From positions 97,464,001 through 97,528,000 of the forward strand of contig NC_043004.1 in NCBI RefSeq assembly GCF_006345805.1: a stretch of DNA of 64,000 nucleotides. Direction: 5' to 3'. Position numbers and translations under genes: made by a program. Source of the stretch: Octopus sinensis (lineage: Eukaryota). Below are positions 1 to 12,749 of the stretch, piece by piece. The notes under the pieces were generated by a model, which had not been told where the DNA came from, made no database searches, and saw only the letters and a list, made by a program, of their open reading frames with translations. Within the stretch, counting starts at the first letter, position 1. Each line of letters opens with the position of its first letter.

Positions 1-321
1 CAGGTGAAGCTAGAGTGGTTCAAAGGTGCAAGAGTAGGATGGCAGAATTAGAAGGTAATGACAGGTAATACAGGAGAGGAAGGGGAAACGTAGAGTAGAT
101 TGCACTGGGTACCAGTGATTCATAAGTTGGGCCAGGTGAATGATGAGAGTCAAATGTAAAGGAAAGGTAATAAAGGTAATAAAGAGCAAAGGTAATGAGG
201 AAATGAGTAATAGAGAGTAATAAAAAATAGGGAAGCAACATTAGTAGATATAAAAGTGCATGTATCAGAGTCAGTACCATGATCACTATTTTTGTGACTT
301 TTCCAAAGTGCGTGCATGACA

Positions 322-600
322 TCTATCCTAATGGTTAGGGTACTTGGCTCATGATTCTGTGATCATGGTTGATTCCAGAACCAAAAGTATCAAGCTCTGT
401 CATTGAGCAAAGCACTTCATTTCACATTGGCCCAATATATCTGGCTGAAACAGGCACTAACCAAGCACCAGCACAGCTCGTTTTCTTTCTTCCTGCTGTC
501 ATGTCCTACATGTTCTACTATGTTAAGAATAGTGATGTTGATAGGTTGCTGCTGTCTGCCCATCATTAAATGGGAACCTAAAATGTTTTGCAAACATGGG
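322..600 (+). mobile_element. Degenerate tRNA-derived SINE (family C)
   Basis: Decayed A/B-box head (atggttagggtacttgg...gattcc) followed by ttgagcaaagcacttcatttcacattg, the motif shared with copies at 2680, 5955 and 25440. Confidence 0.5.
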
Positions 601-760
601 TACAGTCATTCGATTGCAGGTATGATACACAATGGCTTTCAAATGTTTAATTGACTTATGCTTATATCTGTGTGTGTATGTGTATACTCGCAGCTAGCTA
701 GACGGACAGACAGACATACAGAGAAATTGATAGATAAAAAGATAGAAAATAGATAAATAG

Positions 761-786
761 CTAGCTAGCTAGATAGATAGATAGAC

Positions 787-873
<87 letters not shown>

Positions 874-1018
874 CAGACAGATAGATATATAGATAGATAG
901 ACAGACAGATAGATATATAAATAGATAGACAGACAGATAGATATATAGATAGATAGACAGACAGATAGACAGATAGGTAGGTAGGTAGGTAGGTAGGTAG
1001 ATAGATAGATAGATAGAT

Positions 1019-1051
<33 letters not shown>

Positions 1052-1112
1052 CAGAGAGACAGGCAGACAGATAGATAGATAGACAGACAGACAGAGACAG
1101 ACAGATAGATAT

Positions 1113-1143
<31 letters not shown>

Positions 1144-1145
1144 AA
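761..1145. repeat. (GATA/GACA)n microsatellite
   Basis: Directly visible tetranucleotide array; explains the SIYL-type ORFs. Confidence 0.95.
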
Positions 1146-1639
1146 TTGACAGAAACAAATGTAATATGTTTCATAGATTACCCAATGGCTTATAAGCAAA
1201 CATTTGTTTCTTGCATAAACATGAATAGTGTGCAGCAAAAGAGCCAGATAGTAGGAAAAGGAACAAAATATTGTGTTTTTCCTGAATTTAGTTCAACTTT
1301 TCTAACCAGATCCAAAAGCAGATATGAAAATAATGGTGCTCTGAAGTCAAGCATTTATACCTTTCTGGTGTTTGTCATAAAGAAATGTGGAAGAAAACGT
1401 TAAACTCCAACTATGGAGTTTGTGAAAACTTAATGTACCTGAAACTTTTCACTTCTAAGAGTTTGATGCTCTCAGATAATTGATAGATATCAAGTATCTT
1501 GTTACAGAGTCATCAAAGTAAATTCTGGCAGTCTCTCAGGGAAACATTGCTGATCACAAACTATCCAGTCTACGCTACTGTACTAAATGCTGGAAATGGA
1601 ACTTGTGGGAACATTCTTGGAAAAATGTGATACCAGGAA

Positions 1640-2245
1640 TCCATGGTTTGCATCTAAATGCAGGTTACTAAATCCTTTGTTCTGAATATTATTTAGTCCA
1701 GAATGGCAGATCATACATTGACCACTTTAGCATACAGGAACTTCAAAAGAAACACAGTATTAACATTGGAATTGGACTATATTTATGCACTAATGCTATG
1801 GAGATAATTAATCCCACAACCATTAAGGATGAAAATAACAATTTGTCATCACATCAAGCAGAAAAATGGCAAAATTTCCGTTCCCTCTGAGAATCCATCA
1901 GTCTGACCATTATAGTTCATTGGAAATGAGAATATAATAAGGAAAGGGAACCCCATGTCATGATAAAGACCTAATTGAACAGCTTGATGAGAGAGCTGCA
2001 AGTATTGCTAAGCATCTATTGAACTGCATCATCAACGATGGATTTGAGAACACTTACTTGAAATAAAACTCCTGTTCATTTGTTAGTGATGAGACGTGTA
2101 TAATCGATGATATCAAATCTATTTTTGCAAGAATTTTAAAGAAACATTACCTTGATGTGATACTTTGGTACTGCCTTAATCACAGATTGGAACTTGCAGT
2201 AAAGGATTTGGTGAGAGAAGTTCTTGAAATTCAACATGTGTACAC
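1640..2245 (+). pseudogene. Decayed hAT-superfamily transposase (KIAA1586/ZNF862-like)
   Basis: Manual translation across frameshifts and stops: YYLVQNGRSYIDHFSIQELQKKHSINIGIG (from 1687), then DLIEQLDERAASIAKHLLNCIINDGFENTYLK* and SFVSDE...WYCLNHRLELAVKD (1968-2207). CxxHRLELA is the hAT CxxH motif. Confidence 0.8.
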
Positions 2246-2582
2246 TGACATACTGACACAGATGATTAGCATCCAATCCCTAATGAATTCACTCTAGACT
2301 CTCGTCTTTTGTATGACTACAATAGTGGTGTTTACCCCTCGGTGCTGGTTGGTCCTGTACCTACACAGATCCCACCAATCCACTCTTAACTTCATCTTTT
2401 ATCACCTTCGTAGTGGAAAGCCCACATTTTCTCCACACGCCAACTTTTTTTTTTCTCCCAGTCCATTTTCTCCAGAATATCTGCTCTTTGAAATCTCCCC
2501 CCGTCCTGCCCGTATCTCTCCTGTGTTGAACTGCAACAGTTTCAATGGAGCATTAACAGCATCAACATCATTACATTTGTGT

Positions 2583-2622
<40 letters not shown>

Positions 2623-2679
2623 GTATGTTTGTATGTTTGTATGTATCTATACTCAGAGTATGTGCCAGAGAGTAAGCAA

Positions 2680-2927
2680 AGTTCCTTCCTGAATCACAAT
2701 ACACTCAAAGGGCCAGTTTCCCTGTTTCCATGATGTATATATTCCCCACCTGGATGGGATGCCAGCCATTCACAGGATTGCTCATCTTTGCCAGCTGAGT
2801 GGAGTGGAGCAATGTGGAATGAAGTGTCTTGCTGAAGAACACAACTCATCGCCAGGTCCAGGAATCGAAATCACAATCTTACGAACATGAATCCAACACC
2901 TTAACCACTAAGCCACATGCCTCCACA
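2680..2927 (-). mobile_element. tRNA-derived SINE (family C)
   Basis: Reverse strand reads gtggaggcatgtggcttagtggttaagg (A box)...ttcgattcc (B box)...gactggcatcccatccagg-like body. Confidence 0.75.
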
Positions 2928-3097
2928 TGTGTCAGAGAGAGACAAAGAGAAAAGAGAGAGAAGGAGACGATGAGAAAGCAGAAGTACAAAGGGGACTGAC
3001 AGATATACACTACATACACAAACATCTCTGCACAGGCTCAGACATATAAAAATTTCTAACCACAGAAAAATGGTTAATTGCATCTGCATTAGCAATC

Positions 3098-3523
3098 ATA
3101 CTCTTTCTCTTTTATTCTTTTACTTGTTTCAGTCAGTTGACTGTGGCCATGCTGGAGCACCGCCTTTAGTTGGGCAACTCAACCCCGGAACTTATTCTTT
3201 GTAAGCCCAGTACTTATTCCATCAGTCTCTTTTGCCGAACCTCCAAGTGACGGGGACATAAATACACCAGCATCAGTTGTCAAGCAATGCTAGGGGGACA
3301 AAAACAGACACACAAACACACACGCACATATATATATATATATATTTATATATACATATATACGACGGGCTTATTTCAGTTTCCGTCTACCAAATCCACT
3401 CACAAGGCTTTGGTCGGCCTGAGGCTATAGTAGAAGACACTTGCCCAAGGTGCCACGCAGTGGGTTTGAACCGGAACCATGTGGTTGGTAAGCAAGCTAC
3501 TTACCACACAGCCACTCCTGCGC
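3098..3523 (-). mobile_element. tRNA-derived SINE family A, full length
   Basis: Head ggagtggctgtgtggtaag (A box), CORE-like ccttgggcaagtgtcttc, internal (TA)n(TG)n tract and (GAGTAAAA)n-type tail. Confidence 0.9.
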
Positions 3524-3539
3524 CATATATGTTTTTGCA

Positions 3540-3962
3540 AACAAGTAAGAAATACCACAGGTTTGCTTGTCAGTTGTTTGACCTTAACCAGTTGACCACG
3601 ATCAGAAGTAGTTGGGGAGCATCATAGCCATGTTCTGAAAGGAATTCTTGGAAGTTTGGATAAATCACCTTTGGAAACATGGGTGGTTCGTTCAACATCC
3701 TTAAACAATTCTTATTCAGGGACCTTTTGAACGAGATGGGCTACTCAACCAGAAGAACATTCCAGCTGGGCCCCAAGGGCAAGTCATGCGCTGTTTATCT
3801 TGATATGAGATCACCATGTCACACACACTTGGTTGTGATGCATGTGCCTGGTGTACCCTTATCAGACGGGTAGTCATGATGGGTATACTGGGCTTCATAT
3901 ATTTTACCCCAGTGTCACTTTGAAGGCATGCACTGCTCTCTCACTCAATAATAATAATAATA
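3540..3962 (+). mobile_element. Retroposon 3' portion ending in (TAA)n
   Basis: Non-coding segment of higher GC ending ...gcactgctctctcactcaataataataa; family not assigned. Confidence 0.45.
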
Positions 3963-4180
3963 ATCTTTTCTCCTATAGGTACAAAGCCTGAAATTTAGGA
4001 GAGGGTACTAGTTGACTGACATCGATCCTTGTGTTTCACTGATGCTTATTTTATCAACCTCAAAAGGATGAAAGGCAAAGTTGACCTCTGCAGAATTTGA
4101 ACTCAGAACACAGTAATTGACAAAATACCACTAAGTATTTCGTCCAGCATGCTAACGTTTCTGCCAGCTTGCCGTCTTAA
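3963..4180 (-). mobile_element. SINE family B (Deu/Nin-like core)
   Basis: Reverse strand: gctggcagaaacgttagcatg...gagttcaaattc...gtcaactttgcctttcatcc. Confidence 0.75.
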
Positions 4181-4676
4181 ATGATAATAATAGTAATGAT
4201 TATTTCAACAAAAAAAAAAAAGATATATTCAAATTAATGTTATAATCATTTCAGTAAGCAAATATTTTATTGTTTTATTTCATACCACATATATAAATAT
4301 TTAGTTTATACAATCTGTGTAACACATGCAATAAATTAAAGTAATAATAAAAAATTTCTTCACTCAGTTCATCAGACATCATTATTCAAAACACAATTGA
4401 CTTCAGAAATAAACATTTGATGGAAGATAAATTTATAACAGTTCATAGACATGTTAATTCCATTAAGGAAGACAAAATTCATATAATCCTTTATGATTAT
4501 ATGCATTTTGGGAAATCAATTAAAAGCAGAGTGAACTGATTGCCAGTTTCATCAGCCAGAGAATTAGTAAAAGAGGAAATGAATTTATGCAATACATGGA
4601 CATGCTTACAGAAACAAAACCATGAGGTATCATTATTAAGTTAAAACATTTAAGTGGTGAACTAGCAGAATTGTTA

Positions 4677-5080
4677 GGAGTGGCTGTGTGGTAAGTAGCT
4701 TGCTAACCAACCACATGGTTCCGGGTTCAGTCCCACTGCGTGGCATCTTGGGCGAGTGTCTTCTGCTATAGCCCCGGGCCGACCAATGCCTTGTGAGTGG
4801 ATTTGGTAGATGGAAACTGAAAGAAGCCTGTCGTATATATAAATATATATATATGTATGTGTGTGTGTGTTTGTGTGTCTGTGTTTGTCCCCCTAGCATT
4901 GCTTGACAACTGATGCTGGTGTGTTTATGTCCCCGTTACTTAGCAGTTCGGCAAAAGAGACCGATAGAATAAGTACTGGGCTTACAAAGAATAAGTTCCG
5001 GGGTCGATTTGCTCGACTAAAGGCGGTGCTCCAGCATGGCACAGTCAAATGACTGAAACAAGTAAAAGAGTAAAAGAGTA
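4677..5080 (+). mobile_element. SINE family A, full length
   Basis: A box tggctgtgtgg, B box ggttcagtcc, internal microsatellite, gagtaaaa tail. Confidence 0.9.
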
Positions 5081-5270
5081 TGCCAGGAGAAAAACTTAGC
5101 TGTATTTTGTCTGCCACAACATTCTGAGTTCAAATTCTGCAGGGGTCAACTTCACCTTTCATCCTTTCAGGGTTGATAAATAAAGTACCCATTGAGTACT
5201 GAGGTCGAGGTGATCGACTGTCCCACTCCCCATGAAATCCAGGATTTGTACCTATAGTAGAAAGGATTAT
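5081..5270 (+). mobile_element. SINE family B, degenerate
   Basis: ttctgagttcaaattctgcaggggtcaacttcacctttcatcctttcagggttgataaa core. Confidence 0.65.
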
Positions 5271-5374
5271 TTAGTTAAAACATCACTGGATGACTTATCC
5301 TCAATGCTCATTTATAGATTTATAAGTTGCACGATGCCATAAATACACAGCTATGTATAATCTGGATAGTCAAA

Positions 5375-5584
5375 TACTCTTTTACTCTTTTACTTGTTTC
5401 AGTCATTTGACTGTGGCCATGCTGGAGCACCGCCTTTAATCGAACAACTAGACCCCGGGACTTATTCTTTTGTAAGCCTAGTACTTATTCTATCGGTCTA
5501 TTTTGCCGAACCGCTAAGTGACGGGGACATAAACACACCAGCATCGGTTGTCAAGCAATCCTAGGGAGACAAACACAGACACAA

Positions 5585-5635
<51 letters not shown>

Positions 5636-5801
5636 TACGACAGGCTTCTTTCAGTTTCCGTCTACCAAATTCACTCACAAGGCATTGGTCGGCCTGGGGC
5701 TATAGCAGAAGACACTTGCCCAAGATGCCACGCAGTGGGACTGAACCAGGAACCATGTGGTTGGTTAGCAAGCTACTTACCACACAGCTACTCCTGCGCC
5801 T
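5375..5801 (-). mobile_element. SINE family A, full length
   Basis: Same structure as 3098-3523. Confidence 0.9.
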
Positions 5802-5897
5802 ATGTAAATGTAATTATTTTCAAAATATATCAGGAATGCAACTTGAGAGAGAGGGAGATAGAGAGAGAGAGGGGGGGAGAAATAAAGGGCTATGGGT

Positions 5898-5937
5898 TTA
5901 ACCCTTTAGCAATCAAATTACTCTGCCAAATGTAATT
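5898..5937. mobile_element. Left end of the piggyBac-like MITE
   Basis: ttaaccctttagcaatcaaattactctgccaaatgtaat matches the left end of the element at 31329. Confidence 0.5.
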
Positions 5938-5954
5938 GGCACTCTGTTGGTTAC

Positions 5955-6215
5955 AACAATGAGGGTCCGAGTTCATCCGATCAATAGAACAGCCTGCTCA
6001 TGAAATTAACATGCAAGTGACTGAGTATTCCATAGACAGATGTGCCTTTAATGTAGTTGTCAGGGAGATTCAGTGTGACACAATATGACAAGCCTGGCCC
6101 CTTGAAATACAGGTACAACGCATTTTTGCCAGCTGAGTGGACTGGAACACTGTGAAATAAAGTCTCTTGCTCAAGGACACAACGCATCACCGGGAATTGA
6201 ACTCATGACCTTATG
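5955..6215 (-). mobile_element. tRNA-derived SINE (family C), 5' truncated
   Basis: Reverse complement of the body of the 16597-16982 copy. Confidence 0.75.
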
Positions 6216-6269
6216 ATGTATGTGTGTCTGTGTGCTTGTATACCTGTGCATATATGTTAGTTTGTATGT

Positions 6270-6665
6270 AAATACGACAGGCTTTCTATGCTGTTTCTTT
6301 TCTTTTTAGTTTCACTCACAAGGTGTTATTTGAACCCTGGGATAGTAATCCTTTCACAAGGCTTAACATTTTGGGGCAGAAAGCTAGTCAATTATATAAA
6401 ACCCAGTGCATAACTGGTACTCTTTTCATTGACACCCAAAAGGATAAAAGGCAAAAAATCGACCTTAGTGGAATTTTAACTTGGTATGCAAAGGTAGATG
6501 AAATGCTACTAAGCATTTTACCTGACATATTAACAATTGTACCAACTCACCACCTTACATGGACATGGGGTAATAAGAGAACACACTTGCTCAAGATGCC
6601 ACAGAGTGGGACTGAACCCAAGACCATGTCTGGGAAGTATACTTCTGAACTACACAGCCATGTTT
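6270..6665 (-). mobile_element. Degenerate SINE A 5' half interrupted by a SINE B-like piece (about 6370-6550)
   Basis: ttcactcacaagg...acacttgctcaagatgccacagagtgggactgaaccc split by an aaaggataaaaggcaaaaaatcgacc segment. Confidence 0.5.
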
Positions 6666-7434
6666 GCACTTAACACATATTAAAATTAATTCTTCTAACA
6701 AATAAATAACTGTCTCACTCATGGAAGCATGTAAAAATATAGCAGGTGTTAGATTATAGAAACACTTGTTAAAATTATCAGAGCCTGAAGGCATTGAGTT
6801 GAGTGAGATAAATTTTTGATGTTCGTTACTTCAGCATCATTAGTATTTGTGAAATAGATTAGCTGCATTTATATTTTGCATTGCTTAAGACACACACTGA
6901 ATTTATGCACACACAATTTATATAATACACAACTTGAATCTCTTATATCGTATGTCATTGTAAATGAAAGCAAGCTAAATAAAGACAGCTTATTAATTAG
7001 ATAAGATGTTAACTAGATAAAGCACAGCAATATTAGAATGTTAATATTGTCATCAGCATATAATGAAGATGTTGATAGATCGGTAATGTCAGTGGCTGGT
7101 GAATAATGAATTGATAAACAGTCTGTAGATAATAGATATATAAACACAATTTTCAAGGGACAATACATTACACGCATCAGATTGATGATCATTTATTTAT
7201 TTGCTTTTATATTGCAACCTAGGGTTAAACAAGAGCAAAAACTAAACAGAGACGTAGTCTTAAGTTTAAAGATCTTTCCCTGTTAAGCATTCTCTTGTTT
7301 CGGTGGGTATAGGGTTGATCTTATGATTGTAAGATTGTGGGTTTACTTCCTGGATTTGGCAGAACATTTTGTCCTTGAGCAAGCCACTTCATTTCTCATT
7401 GTTCTGGTACACTTAGCTGAAAAATTATTCTCTT

Positions 7435-7440
7435 TCTCTC

Positions 7441-7498
<58 letters not shown>

Positions 7499-7507
7499 CC
7501 TACCTAC

Positions 7508-7560
<53 letters not shown>

Positions 7561-7602
7561 CATCCATCCATCCATCCATCTATCTATCTATCTATCTATC
7601 TG

Positions 7603-7656
<54 letters not shown>

Positions 7657-7732
7657 CATCCATCCATCCATCTATCTATCTATCTATCTATCTATCATCT
7701 ATCTATCTATCCATCCATCCATCCATCCATCC

Positions 7733-7788
<56 letters not shown>

Positions 7789-7790
7789 CT
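7435..7790. repeat. (TATC/CATC)n microsatellite, followed by a CT-rich tract to about 8020
   Basis: Directly visible. Confidence 0.95.
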
Positions 7791-7820
7791 TTCTCTTTGT
7801 TTCTCTCTGTCTGTATCCCA

Positions 7821-7852
<32 letters not shown>

Positions 7853-8255
7853 CACACACTCTCTCTCTCTCTTGCTTTCTCTCTCTCCTCTCTCTCCAGC
7901 TGACCCTTTCTCTTTCCCCCACTCCCCCATCCACTCGCATCTTCCCCTCTTTTCCCCCTCCTCCCCTCCACTCCCATCTTCTCCCTCCTCTCCCATCCCC
8001 CCTCTCTCCCTGCAGCTCTCTCATATACTGGACTTTCCACTGGATCAAGTGTGTATAAGCAGAGAGGCTGTCCGCATTTATTCATAGCTCTTTGAGCACC
8101 TAAAACACAATGTCAGCAAAACACATGGCACCGGCAACCAAATCACACTCACAACTGAAAGTTTTAAGAGGAAGTCATAAAAGGAAGGGTAACGTACATG
8201 ACATTTATTCAGAGTTTGCAAAACTAATGAAATAAAAGGAAAACCTAATTTTCAG

Positions 8256-8338
8256 ATTGGAGACCTGAAAAAATTCAACAGATTAGCAAGCATTACAAGC
8301 AGCCAGGTGTCAGACTGCGGTGCTAAGCTAAGAAATAG
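8256..8338 (+). CDS. Weak candidate exon (83 nt, phase 0 to 2)
   Basis: ctaattttcag acceptor, open frame IGDLKKFNRLASITSSQVSDCGAKLRN, atypical donor AG/gttaag. Confidence 0.18.
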
Positions 8339-8529
8339 GTTAAGTCTAACACCTAAGATCAGGAATTAATTCTTAGTTTTAATCTAACGATGTTGACTAA
8401 CGAGGCTTTGGATAACCAACCCAATACCATATTATGGCAAAAGCTTACTGAAGGTGTCGCAGAGATAGATTGAACCCGATACTTTGGCAGCACTTGATTA
8501 GACAATAAAGTTGACATCTGACCAGTGGA

Positions 8530-8942
8530 TATACTCTTTACTTTTTTGCTTGTTTCAGTCATTTGACTGTGGCCATGCTGGAGCACCACCTTTTTGTCAA
8601 GCAAATCGACCCCAGGACTTATTCTTTGTAAGCCTAGTACTTATTCTATCGGTCTCTTTTGCCGAACCGCTAAATTACGGAGACGTAAACACACCAGCAT
8701 CGGTTGTCAAGTGATGTTGGGGGGGACAAACACAGACACACACACACACACACACACATACATATATATATACATAAATACGACAGGCCTCTTTCAGTTT
8801 CCATCTACCAAATCCACTCACAAGGCTTTGGTCGGCCCGAGGCTATAGTAAAGGACACTTACCCAAGGTGCCATGCAGTGGGACTGAACCCAGAACCATG
8901 TGGTTTGTAAGCAAGCTACTTACCACACAGCCACTCTTGCAC
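8530..8942 (-). mobile_element. SINE family A, full length
   Basis: Same structure as the other family A copies. Confidence 0.9.
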
Positions 8943-9032
8943 CCATCTGACCATTTCAGCATATGTTTGCTTTTAAAATCCAATATTTTTTCTAGTGAGC
9001 TTGTGAACAATTAATTTTGCTCTTACACATAG

Positions 9033-9066
9033 GCAAAAATCGACTCTCCTGAAGAGTCACAAGAAT
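9033..9066 (+). CDS. Weak candidate exon (34 nt)
   Basis: ttttgctcttacacatag acceptor, AAT/gtaagc donor; two frames open (AKIDSPEESQE or QKSTLLKSHKN). Confidence 0.22.
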
Positions 9067-9479
9067 GTAAGCACTTTCTTAATATTTATACATAGAGGTG
9101 TGTATTGCTAAGAGAGACAGACAGACAGACAGAGAGAAATCGACCAACAGACAAACTGTGAGCATATGTGTGTATCCATCTGAGAGAATGATAGATAGTG
9201 AAAGTAAGAAAAAAAATCTAGAGGTGGGGGAAAAAGACAGAAAGATAAAGAGAAGAAAAGACTATAAGTATGTGCATTTCAGTGTGTGTGTGTCTACATA
9301 TGTGTGTGTGTGTGTGTTTGTAGCTGCGTGTGTGTGTGCATGCATGCATATTTCTGTGTTGAACATGTGCGTTTGAGTGTTTCTGTGAGTGCGTGTGTCG
9401 CTAATTCTGATGCCATCATATTGCAAAATTTTTCATTGTTTCGGTCATCTTTGATGTCAAAAATAAATAGCGTTTAGAA

Positions 9480-9565
9480 GTTCTTGTGTTTACACAATAT
9501 ATACATATATGTGTTTATATTTAATGTATATTTTTATGCCCGTATATTTGTATCCACAAACATAA

Positions 9566-9600
<35 letters not shown>

Positions 9601-9713
9601 ACACACACCACACACACATGCACACACACATAAAAACAATTATGGATACAAAACTAGCTATAAACACACACATAAATATATACAAATATATATGTATATA
9701 TATATATATATAT

Positions 9714-9751
<38 letters not shown>

Positions 9752-10545
9752 TCATAAACACACCACAAACACACACACATGTATATGTATATTATATATA
9801 TATATATATATATACATTCTCATACACACACCACAAACACACACACATGTATATGTATATATATATTATATATATATATGCATTTATGAATGTGTGTGTA
9901 TGTACAAAGATAATTATATACAAAGGTATACATATAAAATTTTGTACGTTCCTAGTTATACTATTTATTTGTGTATTTATCTATCAGTCTCTCCATCTCA
10001 TTCTTCCTGTCTCTCTCTCTTTTTCTCTGTCTGCACTCTCACTGTGCATAAACACACACACACATATATGTACATACATATGGGTGCACACATAAATATG
10101 TATGTATATGAGTGTGTGTGTATTATGTGTTATATACAAACTTATATTTATATGTATATATGTATATATACATACACATAAACACACATACATATATATA
10201 TACACATATGTATTCATATACGTATATATATATATATATGTATTTGTCTATATATATATATTTATTTTTATATATGTATTCAGATATATATATATATATA
10301 TATATAATATATATATATATAAATATATTTTATATATATACACACACACCCTCTCACACACACATATGTATCTATGTATATATATATATACATATATATA
10401 TGCATATATGTATATATATATATATGCATGTATATATTTTGTATATACACATATACAAAATACACGTTTACCTTCATATGCACATGCTTAAGTATATATA
10501 CACACCTACATGATACACATTTACCCTTATATGTATATGTTTAAG

Positions 10546-10590
<45 letters not shown>

Positions 10591-10680
10591 ATATATGTAT
10601 GTATGTATGTTTGTATATATATATAAATATAAATATATATATATACACACATATATATTAAGACATACACACACTCAGTA
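9480..10680. repeat. Compound (TA)n/(CA)n/(TG)n low-complexity tract
   Basis: Directly visible; source of the YIYI/THTH ORFs. Confidence 0.9.
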
Positions 10681-10996
10681 CACACAAAACACGACATACA
10701 CACCTATGTTAATAGCTGATCACTTAAAAACAAGAAAAACCAATTCATCTCGATAAACAAAGGAAATTAAAAGAGTCATTTGAACCATGAATTTAGTGAT
10801 GGACTTACACACACACACGTAGACACATACATACACACATACTTACCCACATGCATACACACACACACACATATACCCATACACAGCTGCATACATACAT
10901 ACATACACATTCTTGCACGTGGACACTCAAACAAAGCGACGTATTAATTAGCAATAAGTATTTTACCTCTGCTCTGCTTGTTTTATTTTCTGATGT

Positions 10997-11393
10997 TCTA
11001 ATATATTTCAAGTAGTCTATAGCCTCTCCTCATTAAGCCATATTCCACTACTACCCCGCCAGCTTTTCTAACCTCTCTCTCTGCTGACTATATCTAATAT
11101 ATTTGAAGTGTTCTATTATTTCTCCTCATTAAACCTTATGTGAAAAGATGTCACCCCCCCCCCCCTACCAACCCTCACATTACCTCTGGCCCTCTTAAAT
11201 ATTTGAAGCATTCTATAGGTTCTTCTCATTAAAGTGTCTGTGTATACATGTGAGTGTGTCTGTGTTTAGGCGTATGTATGCTTGTGCACGCATATATATT
11301 CTATATAAATATATGTGTATGTTTATATGTGTATGTGTTTCTGTAATATACATACACACATGCATATATATATGTATGTGTATATATATATAT

Positions 11394-11427
<34 letters not shown>

Positions 11428-12033
11428 CTACATACATATATAAATATACGTATATATGTATATGTCTGTATATATATATATATGTGTATGTGTGTATATG
11501 TATACTTATATATACATTATGTACACACACATATATATGATATATGTATATATATATGTGTGTGTGTATATATATATATGTGTGTGTGTGTATATATATA
11601 TATATATACACACATTTATACATATATATACATTTATATATATATATATATATATATACATTTATATATATATATACATATACACATACATATATCCATA
11701 TGCACATATATATATACACATTCATACACACACACACATACATACAAAGCACTCCTTCTGCCTCTCTCTTACACTCTTTATCCTAGATATATTTGATGTG
11801 TGTTGCATCGTTTCTCAGTATTAAATTGTTTGCAATCCTCATCTCTTTCTGATATATTTTAAGAGTCCTATTATTTCTCCTCATTCAACCGTATAAAACT
11901 CTCCCAAGTCTTCCAATATATTTTATGCGAACCGTCATTTCCCTCTGTTTAAACCCTTGCATATAAATTTCACCTCTCTCTTTAATATATATTTTAAGTT
12001 CCCGATTATATATGCTCATATGACTATATGTGC

Positions 12034-12070
<37 letters not shown>

Positions 12071-12100
12071 AAACAATATTCTCTAATATATCTGAAGTGG
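10997..12100 (+). repeat. Degenerate array of a 45-60 bp motif (tctAATATATTTgAAgtgTTCTATtaTTtCTCCTCATTAAAcc) with low-complexity spacers
   Basis: About 8 copies starting near 10997, 11093, 11193, 11782, 11848, 11912, 11981 and 12082; a (TA/TG)n expansion separates copies 3 and 4. Confidence 0.65.
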
Positions 12101-12519
12101 GGCATTGTTATTCAATGTCGCAGCTGTTTTATGTTGTCAATATGGTATCTATCGAACTGCCAAGAGAGAGCTTAATAATTTATATCTCAACACCAATGTT
12201 GCATTATATTGCAAGCATAATTACCAATACGTAAACTATATGGCTCAGTACTTCTTACTAAGTATGAGTTCCACGAAATGAGCATGACTTTTATATGTAG
12301 GTACAGGTGTGATTTATATTGTAATATGGAAGCTAGAATTAATTATATAAATATGAATATAAATATTTATTTATATACATGTGTGTATTATTTTATACGA
12401 ATACCGGGAGCAATCTCTTGTGGTCTGAGAAAGATGGTTTTGCAATTTCTAGCTGAACAATCTGCGCAGTTGATTGGTTTATTGTGATCAATTGTTTGAT
12501 TAGCACATTAGCTCACACC

Positions 12520-12710
12520 CTCCATGAAAAGGATGTTACTTGAACAGATCTATTGTGTACTGCATGTCAGGTGTCAAAGTGATTGGGAGAGCAACATGAG
12601 ATGATGTGTTTTTGAGGAAAACACAATGCATCACCTGGTGCAAAAATTGAAACCATAATCTCATGATCATGAGTACTACACCCTAAGCACTAAGCCATGT
12701 GTCTTTACAT
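12520..12710 (-). mobile_element. Degenerate tRNA-derived SINE (family C-like)
   Basis: aattgaaaccataatctcatgatcatgagtactacaccctaagcactaagccatgtg is a reversed tRNA-like head. Confidence 0.55.
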
Positions 12711-12749
12711 GCATATACACATAGATATTCATATGAATATATATGTCTA

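Noticed and set aside
10997-12100. Possible CRISPR-like array
   Set aside because: The repeats are highly degenerate, the spacers are low-complexity and of irregular length, there are no cas genes and the context is eukaryotic; kept only as a degenerate repeat array
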